From: Schmidtea polychroa
Taxonomy: Eukaryota
Length of the DNA: 64,000 bases
Reading direction: 5' to 3'
Assembly (NCBI GenBank): GCA_044892525.1
Contig: CM097885.1
Coordinates: forward strand, 1,614,001-1,678,000
Part shown: positions 1-9,586 of the stretch, piece after piece
Position numbering within the stretch: the first letter of the stretch is position 1
Layout: each line of letters begins with the position of its first letter
Made by a program: the position numbers and the translations under genes
The notes under the pieces: model-generated
Database searches by the model: none
What the model saw: only the letters and a program-made list of their open reading frames with translations
What the model was told of the DNA's origin: nothing

Positions 1-2
1 TT

Positions 3-3000
3 GCAGTAAATTCAGACCACAAATTAACGTATTTGCAGCAGCTTGAATTAGAAATTCAAGAAGAAAGAAACAGGTTAGCAAGGCTAACAACAAATGAAAC
101 TGATGGGTACGATGAAAATGAAGGTGTTTATATGACGTCAGCCAGAAAAAGGCGAAATAAAAATAATTATGTAGAACTTGAAGTGTTGATGCTTCAAGAA
201 AGTCCACAGGAGGACAACGAGGAAAAGACTGTGGTCATAGAACCAGAGGTCTGTGAGGGTTTACAGGTTTCACCCAGGAAAAATCTAGTGGCTGTGGCCA
301 TGGAGCCAGAAGCCAACAGAGAAATAGAAGGTTTACCGGTTTCACCAGTTAAAAATCGTAAGGCTTTGGACATGGATCCAGTAGCTAAGGAAATTGTTCC
401 AACAGGAGTTTTGGAAAAAAAATGGGCTTCGGTCAGTGAACCGGAAGTTCTTATAGCCACATCATCCATGCGAGGTGAGTGTGGTAGTGAACCAATAAAG
501 GTTCGAGAAACATCGAAAGAGGAAAGAAATCCCATCGATGACTGTAGAAAAATACTATTACGCAAGAGCGTATGGCAAAGAGAAATGAGACAGAAATTGG
601 AAAATATTCGTTTAAACCCCGTTAATGAGAATGAGGTTGACAAAGTAATAGATATCATATCAGAGTTAGACAGAAATGAGGAATATTATCCAGAACTGAG
701 AGAAATTCTGAGAAATATTGGCCTAAATTGGAAACAAAGAGAGAATCTGGAGGATTCTACAATTTTTGTATCTTTCCCAAAAGGTTGTTTTCGTAGATAT
801 ACAATTAAGCCAAGTGAAAAGGTAGAAGCATTGGCAAAGAGAGTTTCTGTGGTAAAACCTCAACAGAGATGCAAACTATATTTACTGGGAGAAAGATTAT
901 TAGAGGGAGAAACCTTGTTAGATTGTGGTATACTACCAGGGAAAAATATGGTTATAAAAGCAAAGTTTCACAAGGAAACTGTTACAGTAGTGGACTTGGA
1001 TAATGTCCTTACTATAAGCGAGATTGAAATTGATCAATTAAATCAAATATCAGCCGTACCACATAGATTGGGAATTGAACTGATGAAAAACCCAAGAGAT
1101 GGGGAAGCCATTAAGATGATAATGGATTGGATACTGGAGTTGCGAATCCCAGTAGATACTCTTAGAGAGATAATGCCATTGGTGGTGCCTTTAGTAAAAG
1201 AGACATCACAATTCCAGACACAAGCAAAGATGCTGTTGATTAAAAATGGACATGCTATTAGACATTTGGAAGGTAGACAAGGTCCAGTGATGTTAGATAT
1301 CAGGATACCCAGGAGAGGACACCTGATACAACAATTCTCATGTTATCATAGGGTAAAGAAACTGAGAAAAAGGATATCAGAAATATTAAAAGAGTCATTC
1401 CTCATAATGATACATGGTTGTCAGGTGGATGACGACGAATTTCTAGTAGATGTTGGATGTTTTCCCAATGAGGAAACAGTTGTATTAATATTACTGGTAG
1501 AGTTTCCAGAGGATGAATGGGCAACTTTGAGATTGCCAGATAATGCAGAAATGGAGGATGAAACAGTACATCCTGAGCAAAAACAAGTAGACGGGAATAC
1601 TCATCAGGAACCCGTAACCACAGTAGATTTAGATGAAGAGATAGATAAATATCTCAAGGAACTTGATAACACTGAAGACGAGTTGGTCGAAATATTTCCT
1701 ACAGAGGAAGATAATGAAGTACAATTAAATCGAGATGAAACAAACATCGGAGCTAGTACATCGCGACAAGTCGAGCCACCAAGAGAAAGAGTGAGCCCGA
1801 AATTAGTCGAGAATAAAAAGAAAAGGGAGAGAAGGGGTAGACCGAGGAAAAGTCAAATGAACCCACCTCCAAGAGAACTTCTAAAACCAGTTACAATACA
1901 AAATGTAACTAAGCAGGCTCTAGCAGGGATAGCTAGCCAAATCGATAAAAGCGTTGGAGACGCTAGTGACAAAACGGAAACATGGAAAAGACTGAATCAA
2001 ATCTTACGACTGATTAAGCCCGATTGGCAAATCAAGAAAGATAAAAGTGTTAATGTTGACAAAATTGCAGAAAAAGTCAAGAAAGCTATGGAAAAGATTC
2101 CAGGAAGCACTACGGAACAGGAGATGTTCGAAATAGCAGGGCAATTCATAGATGAAGGCCTGACGAAAGGGAAAATGATAACGATTCTAGCCTTAATGTT
2201 TAAAAATGCATTGAGCATAATTAAAGATGATTCGTCGAAAATTCCAGCAGCCATAGACAAGCTGACTGATATCATCGAAGTGAATTTCAGAACATGGATG
2301 ACTGAGCACAAGTTTTGGGATATAAAAGAAACGAAAGGAAAATATGAATTAAATGAAGAATTGTTGACAGAAAATATTTCAAGTAGTCCACGGGGAACAG
2401 GTGGATTTACTAGTTGGATGATGATGTTGTTGGTAATGATGGGAATACTGCGACAGACAAATTCCCTAACGGCATATGATTGTAGTGAACCAATACTATC
2501 GCGAATCTACTCATTAGTTGACACAGTGGAATGCAAGGAAGCATATCCAGATAAAGTTGCAAAAAGGGAAGACGTAGAATATCATGTTTATCAGCAAACA
2601 GAGTTTTACAGAACCAGAGTGAGGGAATGTCGAATACAGAGAGCGACGTTCGAATATTACTGTGGATCGAATAGTTATTCAGCATTTTTAGGAGCTAAAC
2701 TCATTCCTATACCGTTAATCATCCCACCAGAGGATTGTGTAAATGCTTTCCGGTCAAAAACAGTCAAAATAGATCAGGAGGTAACAATTACCGCGGAAGA
2801 GGGGAAAAAGTTGGGTATAACTATTACCCGGGGTGGACCGATAGCAGAAGATGGTTCTTGTCATGGTAGAAAGAAAGTTAGAGGTTCTAATGTAGTAAGC
2901 TATGTGGTAACAGTTGAGGACTACACAGTAGAGCTGATAGAGTACGAAGGAACTTTCGAAGTATCCACGGGAAAAATGATGTCTCATCCAGAATGCAACG

Positions 3001-6000
3001 TGAAATATGGTTATTGTAAAACCAGTTTAGCAGTATTAACGTACCAATCAATGAGAGATTTTTGTGATTTAGGATACCTGAAAAAGGTAGTATTTTCAAG
3101 GCTAGATGGGAAAAGTTTTACGTCTCAGGATTCACAACAAAGTGGTTGGGGAGACAAGATAACTCACAAAACGAAAAAGGAAGTAGTACCGGAGAAAAGC
3201 ACAGCAGTAGTATTAGTCTCCAAGGACCCAACAGATGCAATTCGTTTAGTCAGAAAGAAACAGACAACGAAATGTGGTGTACCAATATTTGAAACCAACT
3301 ACAAGGGAATATACTTAGCATACAAGTATGTTCCAGCAGCAGAATCATTGCATCTATCAGATATTAAAATAGCCAAGTATATCAATAATAAGATTGATTT
3401 CTTGTATCATGATCTGCAGAAACAATTATTAGATGTCTATCAGGAAGTGATCCTGAACGACTGTCGTTTGAATCGGGAAATAATACGGAATAGATTAGCA
3501 ATATCTATAGCTAATCCGGATCTAATAATGCCAATGTTGACAGAGGAAGGAACATTCGGCAGAATTTTGGGCGAAGCAATTTATAGCTATCAGTGCAAAG
3601 CAATAGAGGTGGAAATTACCAAATATGATCGATGTACATTGGAGTTACCAGTGAAATATAAAGGAAAATTGAGATTCCTGATGCCAGTATCACACCAGCT
3701 ATTAAAGGAGGATACCTCACCATTAACAGCAATTTGCAATCCAGCAATGTCACCATTATACAAAATTAACAATATTTGGATTTCGTTGCCAGATAGAAAA
3801 CCGCCTTCAAAACCAGTTGAAGTGCTTCAAGCGACAAAGTTAGAAACTAAAATGGAGTTTCAACCATTAAACGAGATGTCAAAAGGAGGAGTATATACTC
3901 CGGAAGATATTGAAGAAGCTCGGAGAGCAATCGTATTTCCCCAAATCAGAGATAGGGGAGTGACGGAAATAATAACAAGAATCTATCAATCATATGATGG
4001 AAAACCGGACTATAACTTATTATTTGGACCAGAACATTATAAACAAGCTGCATCCAATGTAATACGGAAAATCTGGGGTAGATTTACAAGCTTTGGCATT
4101 TTTGTAGCAGGATGTTCAGGTATATATGCAATAGTGATGATATTGAAAATAATCATATCGCAATTATTTTCTACCTATAGTATCTTCAAGATCGGGGGAT
4201 GGTCTTGGAAGTTGCTACTAGGAATGTGTCCAGTTTGTGCAGATTTTGCAGTATTTCATCATCATAATAAAGAGATTAAAAGAATGAAGAGACAAACTAT
4301 AAAGAAGCATGAGTTAATAATGTATGAACCTAGTCATCGAGACGATGACAATTCTGACGAGGGAGGTAACCTAGAGGGCTATGAGACCTCAGACAACACC
4401 TCAATAAAACCAGACAACAAAAAACCGAAATTTCAAAATTTTGAAAACAGTACTTTACAACAGTACCCTGTTAAAGCAAAAAGGAGGAAACGGCAGGAGT
4501 GGCCCGTAAATTACTTGTCTCCATACGAGGGTAGAAAAAAGATAATACCAGAACGAGTTGAAGAAGAAATGTTAAAGAGGCTCGAGTTTAGAACGAATAC
4601 AGATATATCACCATCTACCTCATACCCAACGTATAAAATGAAGTTCGAGACAATGCCACCCTTGGGTACATCAGTATTTGAGATGGTACCGAAATATCCA
4701 TTTAGCACGTTGGAACGGCTAAAGGAAGAGTATAAAGAGGAAATAAAATCAGAAAATGACAAAGATAGTGATGATCAACAAAAGTTCAGAGACAATATTA
4801 GAGGAATCTCAACAATATTAATGGTCAATATGGGTAAAAAGACTCATAAACCTACGATTAAACTAAAAGTTAACAGGCATACGGTACATGCCATTATTGA
4901 TTCAGGATCAGATTTGACATTGATCGAAGCAAATTTATTAAATGAAAAAGAATTACAAGCAATAGTGCCGACATTACTTGTTGCATCGGGAGCAAATGGA
5001 CAACCTATCAATGTTATCGGAACATTAGATTGCGAATTAAGGTTGTGTGATCAAAAATTTAGACACGATATCAAGGTCACTAGACAATGTATGGCAGAAT
5101 GTATCGTGGGAATGGATATATTGAAAAAGTTAAAAGATATTGTATTTGATTGTGCAACAGGTGAATTAGTGAAAATGACTGGTAGAAAACGGAAAACCTA
5201 CAGTGTGGATGTAGTGTTTTTGGATAGAACGGTGACAATACCACCGAGGACCGAAACAGTTTGTTTCGTAGCAACACACCAAGAGGTGGAAGGAGATGTT
5301 ATTTTCGAACCCAGTGAGCAGTTCGTAAATAGGTATAAAACGCCTATGGTGCAAAACTTGGCAACAATACGGGGAGGAAGGATCCCGATTAGATTAACAA
5401 ATCTAGCGAGCAAATCATTGAGATTATACCCAGAGACTAGAGTGGGTAAAGTGATACAACTATCTAACATGCAGAAAGAGTCTGAATCGATATTATCAGT
5501 AGAAGAGGATGAACGAGATCCTGATATCGAATATTACGACGCACCGAGCTGCGATAGTAAAACCTTATCTAGAAAAGAAAATATCAGAGTCAATCAATTA
5601 TTACGTAAATATGACCAAGTTTTCGCAAAACACGAATATGACTTAGGGCAAGTTAATATTCTAGAGCATGAGATTAAATTAACAGAAAATAAACCGATAA
5701 AAATTCGCCCGTACAGAATACCTCAAAGCATACAAGGGTCCGTTGACAAACAAATTAAATTAATGCAAAAATATAATATAATCAGACCCAGTAAATCTCC
5801 ATATTCCTCACCTTTGGTGGTTGTAGCTAAAAGAGACGGCTCAGTCAGATTATGTAATGACTATAGGAAATTAAATGAACAAACAGTTAGTGATAATCAC
5901 CCGCTACCTTTGCTAGACTACATTTATGATAAAATGAAAAATTCAAAGTTGTTTACTGTGATGGATGCACAGAAAGGTTTTTATCAAATAAAGATGAGCG

Positions 6001-9000
6001 AAGACTCAATTCCTATGACAGGATTTTCTACAAGTAGTGATCATTTTGAATACTTAGTAATGCCGTTTGGACTAAAAGGAGCCCCTCCAACTTTCCAGAG
6101 GGCAATGAATATCATGTTGATGGATGCACATCACGCAATGGTATATATAGACGATATTATCATCTTCTCGGAAGACTTAGATAAACATTTGGATCATCTG
6201 GAGGACATTTTCAAAAGATTAATTATGGCAAACCTGAAAGTAAAGCCAAGCAAATGCAAATGGGCAGAATCGGAAGTGATTTACGTGGGGCATGTAATAT
6301 CACACGATTGCGTAAGACCAGATCCGGCGAACACGGATAAAGTAAAGAATTTCCCACAACCAGTGAATGTAAAACAAATCAAAGGATTTTTAGGGTTGAC
6401 GGGATACTATCGGAAATTTATACGAAATTTTTCAGCAATAGCTTTTCCTCTAACTACCTTAGAAAAGAAAGGTATAAAATTTTTATGGGGAGAAGATCAG
6501 CAACAGGCATTCGATAAGTTAAAAGATGCACTATGCAAACCTCCAATTCTACGATTTCCAGATTTTAAAAGACAATTCATGGTGATGACCGATGCATGCA
6601 CAAGAGGTATAGGTGCCGTTTTGGGACAGAAAGACGAAATTGGCGATGAGTACGCAGTAGCATATGCAAGTCGTGGATTGAAGCCACACGAAAAAAGTTA
6701 TGCTGTAATAGAATTGGAAGCATTAGCATTAGTATTTGCAGTGGAAAAATTTAGTCATTACCTATGGGGCAGAAAGGTAATTTTCTATACAGATCATAGA
6801 CCCTTGCAATGGCTGTTAAAACATAGAGACGAAGCATCAAAATTAGTAAGATGGGCATTGAGATTACAGCCATATAATATCGAAATTGTATATCGTAAAG
6901 GTAAAGCTAATGGTAATGCAGATGCATTATCACGAATGGAACAAGAGCCTGAGTTAGAAGATATAAAGGAAGGAAGATTAGAAGGAACAATCTTCATGCT
7001 AACAAGAGAGGCTAACACTTTGAGCGATATAGTAGAAGCACAGAAAAATGATGACGAAATCAATATGATCAGACAAGCTATAGAAGCAAAGGCCATACCA
7101 AATGAATTTCAGAAATATTGGGAGAAACATAAAGATAAATTCATATTGGAAGAAGGGCTAATCAAATACGTTGAATCAAGGGATAATGTAATATTAGTAC
7201 CAAAGAAATACAGAGAATCACTATTATTACAATACCACGACGGAGCACTGGGAGGACATCTCTCAGCTAGACATACACTGTCAAGATTAAAAATGAAATA
7301 CTTCTGGCCAGATATGAAAGATGATGTTAAAAAGTGGTGTCAATCATGTAAGATATGTATAACCAGAAGGAACACAGGCAGGAAACCACATGTTCCATTG
7401 AAACCAATGCCAGTACCGTCCTCGCCAATGGAGATGACTGCTATGGACGTACTAGGGCCGTTTAAAGAATCAAAAATGGGAAATAAATTTATCATAGTAT
7501 TTTGCGATTACTTAACCAAGTGGCCCGAAGCATTCCCAATTCCGAATCATAAGGCAGACACAATTGCCAGAATCTTTGTAGAACAAATAGTATTCAGATA
7601 TGGTGTTCCAACAAAATTACTTACCGACAGAGGAAAGGATTTCATGAGTAATCTGTTAAAAAGTATAAATGATTATTTTGGTATTTTAAAATTAAATACC
7701 TCACCATACCATCCACAGACGGATGGATTGGTAGAAAGGTTCAATGGAACCTTGGCAAACATGTTATCATCATACGTAAACTCAGGTCAGACGGACTGGG
7801 ATGTACACATACCATCGTGTTTGTTTGCGTACAGAAATGCTGTTCATTCAGTAACAGGAGAAACACCTTTCTATCTGATGTATTTAAGGCATAGCAAGAT
7901 GCCAGTCGATCTTATATTTTATCCGAAAGCTTCACAGAATTGTGACGAAGGAAATTACTTATTCGAGATGAGAGAGAGAATGCAAGAAGCCTGGGAGAAA
8001 GCAGGTTTGAACATTCGTTATAACCAAGAAACAATGAAAGAATATCATGATCGTAAAGCGAAGGATCATGGGTTTTTGGTAGGAGATTATGTCATGTTAG
8101 AAGGACATTACAACAAAAAAGGTTTATCTCCAAAATTAATGAGAAATTACAAAGGGCCGTATCAAATTTTGAAAGTCACAGAAACCAATTTAGTCTTACA
8201 GTTAGTGGCAAACAGAAAAGCCGAACCGATAATGGTTCATGCAAACAGATGTAAAAAGATAGCCCCACCAGAAAAGGAGAAACCAAAATCAGAAATCAAT
8301 GAATTCGAAATAGTTAAGAAATCGAAAAAGAAAACGTTGGAATCATACAAAAGTATCCTAAAAGGACAACCGGAACGATACCCCTTACGATCTCGGCAAA
8401 TCCCGAAAACAGTTACATTTCTAGCAGTGATTAGTTGTGTTATGATGATTGGACAGGCATTCGAGGTATTCACACCTAAAGCCAGTCAACATCCAGATAT
8501 CGAATATCAACGAACAGATAGAGCGTTCAGATTTCATTTAACGAATATACAATGGCACAGATATGATTTATATTTGGTAGCTGCTGAAAGAGGGATATCA
8601 TTTCACTTGAATACATGGGATCGAGTAAAAGTAATAGAAGGACTTATGCCGAATACAAGTTATCTATTAGAAATCAAAACATTTTTTGCAGATCCAAACG
8701 TTTTTGCAGACGGCGGAGATTGCGTAGATAAAGCAGCATGGATTTTGAAGACTGCAAAATTTACCAAAAAAGTAGAGATTTCATATCTCAGGCAGATAGT
8801 TAGATTCACTCATCCACGGTGGAAAAGAAATGACACATCTTCCACTCACGATTGGAGGACGAATAATAAAATTGCGCTAATCGTCATATTAGAAAACGAC
8901 CAGCGAGTCGAGAGATTAGTGCTCAACCATGCGTATCTAAGTAGAAGATGGAAAATCAAACCAGACACCGTGACAAAAGCGAATATTTCGTATTTGGAAT

Positions 9001-9386
9001 TTACGGAGAGAACCGGTTGGTATACAATATATCAAGAAATAGTAAATCTAATACCTCCCACAAAGGGAGAACTAACTAGCAAAGAAGGAAAGGCTAGATT
9101 AGTAAATATTCCTGGTTGTAAAGGAATAAATGCTTTAGATTGGTTTAGTATTAGAAAGGTAGCGAGTGTAAAACAGCCCCGCATAACTAAAATAATTAAT
9201 AATTGTAGTTGTCAAAATACGTTAAAGGGGGCAGCGAGGGAGAAAACGCCAACATGGCTATTGTTAATTATGATAGGGGGAGTAATTTGCATGATTTTAA
9301 TTTTGCTTTTAACCACCCTATGGATGTTTAGATTAAATATACGAGATATGCGTTATTGGGAAAATATTTACGAAACCGAGGTATAG
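3..9386 (+). CDS. Giant retroelement polyprotein (5'-partial): UBL-UBL-AT-hook-Bcl2-like-Env(class III)-PR-RT-RH-IN-FN3/TM
   Basis: Frame is open from nt 3 (the TTG at 33 is only the ORF-finder start) to TAG 9384-9386. Motifs: IIDSGS ~4899, YIDD ~6143, TDAC ~6588, H-x6-H...CxxC ~7236-7358, MDVLGP/LLTDRG/VERFNG integrase DDE, GPY ~8154. Confidence 0.95.
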   Translation, partial: AVNSDHKLTYLQQLELEIQEERNRLARLTTNETDGYDENEGVYMTSARKRRNKNNYVELEVLMLQESPQEDNEEKTVVIEPEVCEGLQVSPRKNLVAVAMEPEANREIEGLPVSPVKNRKALDMDPVAKEIVPTGVLEKKWASVSEPEVLIATSSMRGECGSEPIKVRETSKEERNPIDDCRKILLRKSVWQREMRQKLENIRLNPVNENEVDKVIDIISELDRNEEYYPELREILRNIGLNWKQRENLEDSTIFVSFPKGCFRRYTIKPSEKVEALAKRVSVVKPQQRCKLYLLGERLLEGETLLDCGILPGKNMVIKAKFHKETVTVVDLDNVLTISEIEIDQLNQISAVPHRLGIELMKNPRDGEAIKMIMDWILELRIPVDTLREIMPLVVPLVKETSQFQTQAKMLLIKNGHAIRHLEGRQGPVMLDIRIPRRGHLIQQFSCYHRVKKLRKRISEILKESFLIMIHGCQVDDDEFLVDVGCFPNEETVVLILLVEFPEDEWATLRLPDNAEMEDETVHPEQKQVDGNTHQEPVTTVDLDEEIDKYLKELDNTEDELVEIFPTEEDNEVQLNRDETNIGASTSRQVEPPRERVSPKLVENKKKRERRGRPRKSQMNPPPRELLKPVTIQNVTKQALAGIASQIDKSVGDASDKTETWKRLNQILRLIKPDWQIKKDKSVNVDKIAEKVKKAMEKIPGSTTEQEMFEIAGQFIDEGLTKGKMITILALMFKNALSIIKDDSSKIPAAIDKLTDIIEVNFRTWMTEHKFWDIKETKGKYELNEELLTENISSSPRGTGGFTSWMMMLLVMMGILRQTNSLTAYDCSEPILSRIYSLVDTVECKEAYPDKVAKREDVEYHVYQQTEFYRTRVRECRIQRATFEYYCGSNSYSAFLGAKLIPIPLIIPPEDCVNAFRSKTVKIDQEVTITAEEGKKLGITITRGGPIAEDGSCHGRKKVRGSNVVSYVVTVEDYTVELIEYEGTFEVSTGKMMSHPECNVKYGYCKTSLAVLTYQSMRDFCDLGYLKKVVFSRLDGKSFTSQDSQQSGWGDKITHKTKKEVVPEKSTAVVLVSKDPTDAIRLVRKKQTTKCGVPIFETNYKGIYLAYKYVPAAESLHLSDIKIAKYINNKIDFLYHDLQKQLLDVYQEVILNDCRLNREIIRNRLAISIANPDLIMPMLTEEGTFGRILGEAIYSYQCKAIEVEITKYDRCTLELPVKYKGKLRFLMPVSHQLLKEDTSPLTAICNPAMSPLYKINNIWISLPDRKPPSKPVEVLQATKLETKMEFQPLNEMSKGGVYTPEDIEEARRAIVFPQIRDRGVTEIITRIYQSYDGKPDYNLLFGPEHYKQAASNVIRKIWGRFTSFGIFVAGCSGIYAIVMILKIIISQLFSTYSIFKIGGWSWKLLLGMCPVCADFAVFHHHNKEIKRMKRQTIKKHELIMYEPSHRDDDNSDEGGNLEGYETSDNTSIKPDNKKPKFQNFENSTLQQYPVKAKRRKRQEWPVNYLSPYEGRKKIIPERVEEEMLKRLEFRTNTDISPSTSYPTYKMKFETMPPLGTSVFEMVPKYPFSTLERLKEEYKEEIKSENDKDSDDQQKFRDNIRGISTILMVNMGKKTHKPTIKLKVNRHTVHAIIDSGSDLTLIEANLLNEKELQAIVPTLLVASGANGQPINVIGTLDCELRLCDQKFRHDIKVTRQCMAECIVGMDILKKLKDIVFDCATGELVKMTGRKRKTYSVDVVFLDRTVTIPPRTETVCFVATHQEVEGDVIFEPSEQFVNRYKTPMVQNLATIRGGRIPIRLTNLASKSLRLYPETRVGKVIQLSNMQKESESILSVEEDERDPDIEYYDAPSCDSKTLSRKENIRVNQLLRKYDQVFAKHEYDLGQVNILEHEIKLTENKPIKIRPYRIPQSIQGSVDKQIKLMQKYNIIRPSKSPYSSPLVVVAKRDGSVRLCNDYRKLNEQTVSDNHPLPLLDYIYDKMKNSKLFTVMDAQKGFYQIKMSEDSIPMTGFSTSSDHFEYLVMPFGLKGAPPTFQRAMNIMLMDAHHAMVYIDDIIIFSEDLDKHLDHLEDIFKRLIMANLKVKPSKCKWAESEVIYVGHVISHDCVRPDPANTDKVKNFPQPVNVKQIKGFLGLTGYYRKFIRNFSAIAFPLTTLEKKGIKFLWGEDQQQAFDKLKDALCKPPILRFPDFKRQFMVMTDACTRGIGAVLGQKDEIGDEYAVAYASRGLKPHEKSYAVIELEALALVFAVEKFSHYLWGRKVIFYTDHRPLQWLLKHRDEASKLVRWALRLQPYNIEIVYRKGKANGNADALSRMEQEPELEDIKEGRLEGTIFMLTREANTLSDIVEAQKNDDEINMIRQAIEAKAIPNEFQKYWEKHKDKFILEEGLIKYVESRDNVILVPKKYRESLLLQYHDGALGGHLSARHTLSRLKMKYFWPDMKDDVKKWCQSCKICITRRNTGRKPHVPLKPMPVPSSPMEMTAMDVLGPFKESKMGNKFIIVFCDYLTKWPEAFPIPNHKADTIARIFVEQIVFRYGVPTKLLTDRGKDFMSNLLKSINDYFGILKLNTSPYHPQTDGLVERFNGTLANMLSSYVNSGQTDWDVHIPSCLFAYRNAVHSVTGETPFYLMYLRHSKMPVDLIFYPKASQNCDEGNYLFEMRERMQEAWEKAGLNIRYNQETMKEYHDRKAKDHGFLVGDYVMLEGHYNKKGLSPKLMRNYKGPYQILKVTETNLVLQLVANRKAEPIMVHANRCKKIAPPEKEKPKSEINEFEIVKKSKKKTLESYKSILKGQPERYPLRSRQIPKTVTFLAVISCVMMIGQAFEVFTPKASQHPDIEYQRTDRAFRFHLTNIQWHRYDLYLVAAERGISFHLNTWDRVKVIEGLMPNTSYLLEIKTFFADPNVFADGGDCVDKAAWILKTAKFTKKVEISYLRQIVRFTHPRWKRNDTSSTHDWRTNNKIALIVILENDQRVERLVLNHAYLSRRWKIKPDTVTKANISYLEFTERTGWYTIYQEIVNLIPPTKGELTSKEGKARLVNIPGCKGINALDWFSIRKVASVKQPRITKIINNCSCQNTLKGAAREKTPTWLLLIMIGGVICMILILLLTTLWMFRLNIRDMRYWENIYETEV
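756..972 (+). other. Ubiquitin-like domain 1 within polyprotein
   Basis: TIFVSFPKG..YTIKPSEKVEALAKRV..QQRCKLYLLGERLLEGETLLDCGILPGKNMVIK aligns by eye to ubiquitin (IFV..[34 protein letters not shown]); no C-terminal GG. Confidence 0.7.
1284..1500 (+). other. Ubiquitin-like domain 2 within polyprotein
   Basis: VMLDIRIPRRGHL...RVKKLRKRISEIL..FLIMIHGCQVDDDEFLVDVGCFPNEETVVLILL has the UBL pattern hxhxGxxhxDDxxLxDxG. Confidence 0.5.
1829..1850 (+). other. AT-hook / NLS-like motif
   Basis: KKKRERRGRPRK contains the canonical AT-hook core RGRP. Confidence 0.6.
1905..2325 (+). other. Bcl-2-like (BH3/BH1/BH2) helical domain
   Basis: LAGIASQID (BH3-like); FEIAGQFIDEGLTKGKMITILAL (BH1-like, cf. FxxVAxELFxDGxNWGRIVAL); NFRTWMTEHKFWD (BH2-like, cf. 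WIxxxGGWD) at the expected BH1-BH2 spacing. Confidence 0.55.
2406..4260 (+). other. Env-like class III fusion glycoprotein (chuvirus G / herpes gB-like) with internal signal peptide and C-terminal TM
   Basis: Signal WMMMLLVMMGILRQTNS|LTAYDC; CRIQR..YYCG; YINNK; GEAIYSYQC..CTLELPVKY..FLMPVS..C..W..GGVY cysteine pattern; TM FGIFVAGCSGIYAIVMILKIII. Confidence 0.85.
4851..8250 (+). other. pol: Pol region: aspartic protease, reverse transcriptase, RNase H, integrase (Zn finger, DDE, GPY)
   Basis: DSG; RLCNDYRKLN, MPFGLKGAP, YIDD; TDAC, ELEALA, TDHRPL, NADALSR; HHCC, D-D-E, GPY. Confidence 0.97.
8409..9386 (+). other. Second type I membrane protein fused after integrase (signal peptide, FN3-like ectodomain, TM, short tail)
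   Basis: TVTFLAVISCVMMIGQA|FEVF signal; VIEGLMPNTSYLLEIKT FN3 signature (LxPxTxY); TM WLLLIMIGGVICMILILLLTTLWMF ~9255-9330; tail ends YWENIYETEV*. Confidence 0.7.
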
Positions 9387-9586
9387 GGGGAAAGTCTCAC
9401 CATATACTAGGAAGTGTAAATATATATAGTTATTTATTTCATATGTTATTTATATTAGTATGTAGACTAATGTGGGCTCAAATGAGCATCGGTAAAATCA
9501 GACATCAGCGTATGTCGACTTTGGTTACCCTGCGAGGGTCTATCACGAAAGTGATAAAAGCTGTTAATTATTTTATTTTTAGAAAA

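Noticed and set aside
33..700. Gag capsid or zinc knuckle at the polyprotein start
   Set aside because: No CCHC knuckle or recognisable capsid motif in the window; the ORF is open at the edge, so gag is probably upstream
1080..1260. TFIIS N-terminal-like helical domain between the UBLs
   Set aside because: Only a vague pattern resemblance; needs a profile search
5210..5465. dUTPase between PR and RT
   Set aside because: Beta-rich spacer common in Gypsy pol; dUTPase catalytic motifs not seen
194..8473. Short antisense ORFs within the retroelement
   Set aside because: Shadow ORFs of the long sense frame, with no recognisable motifs
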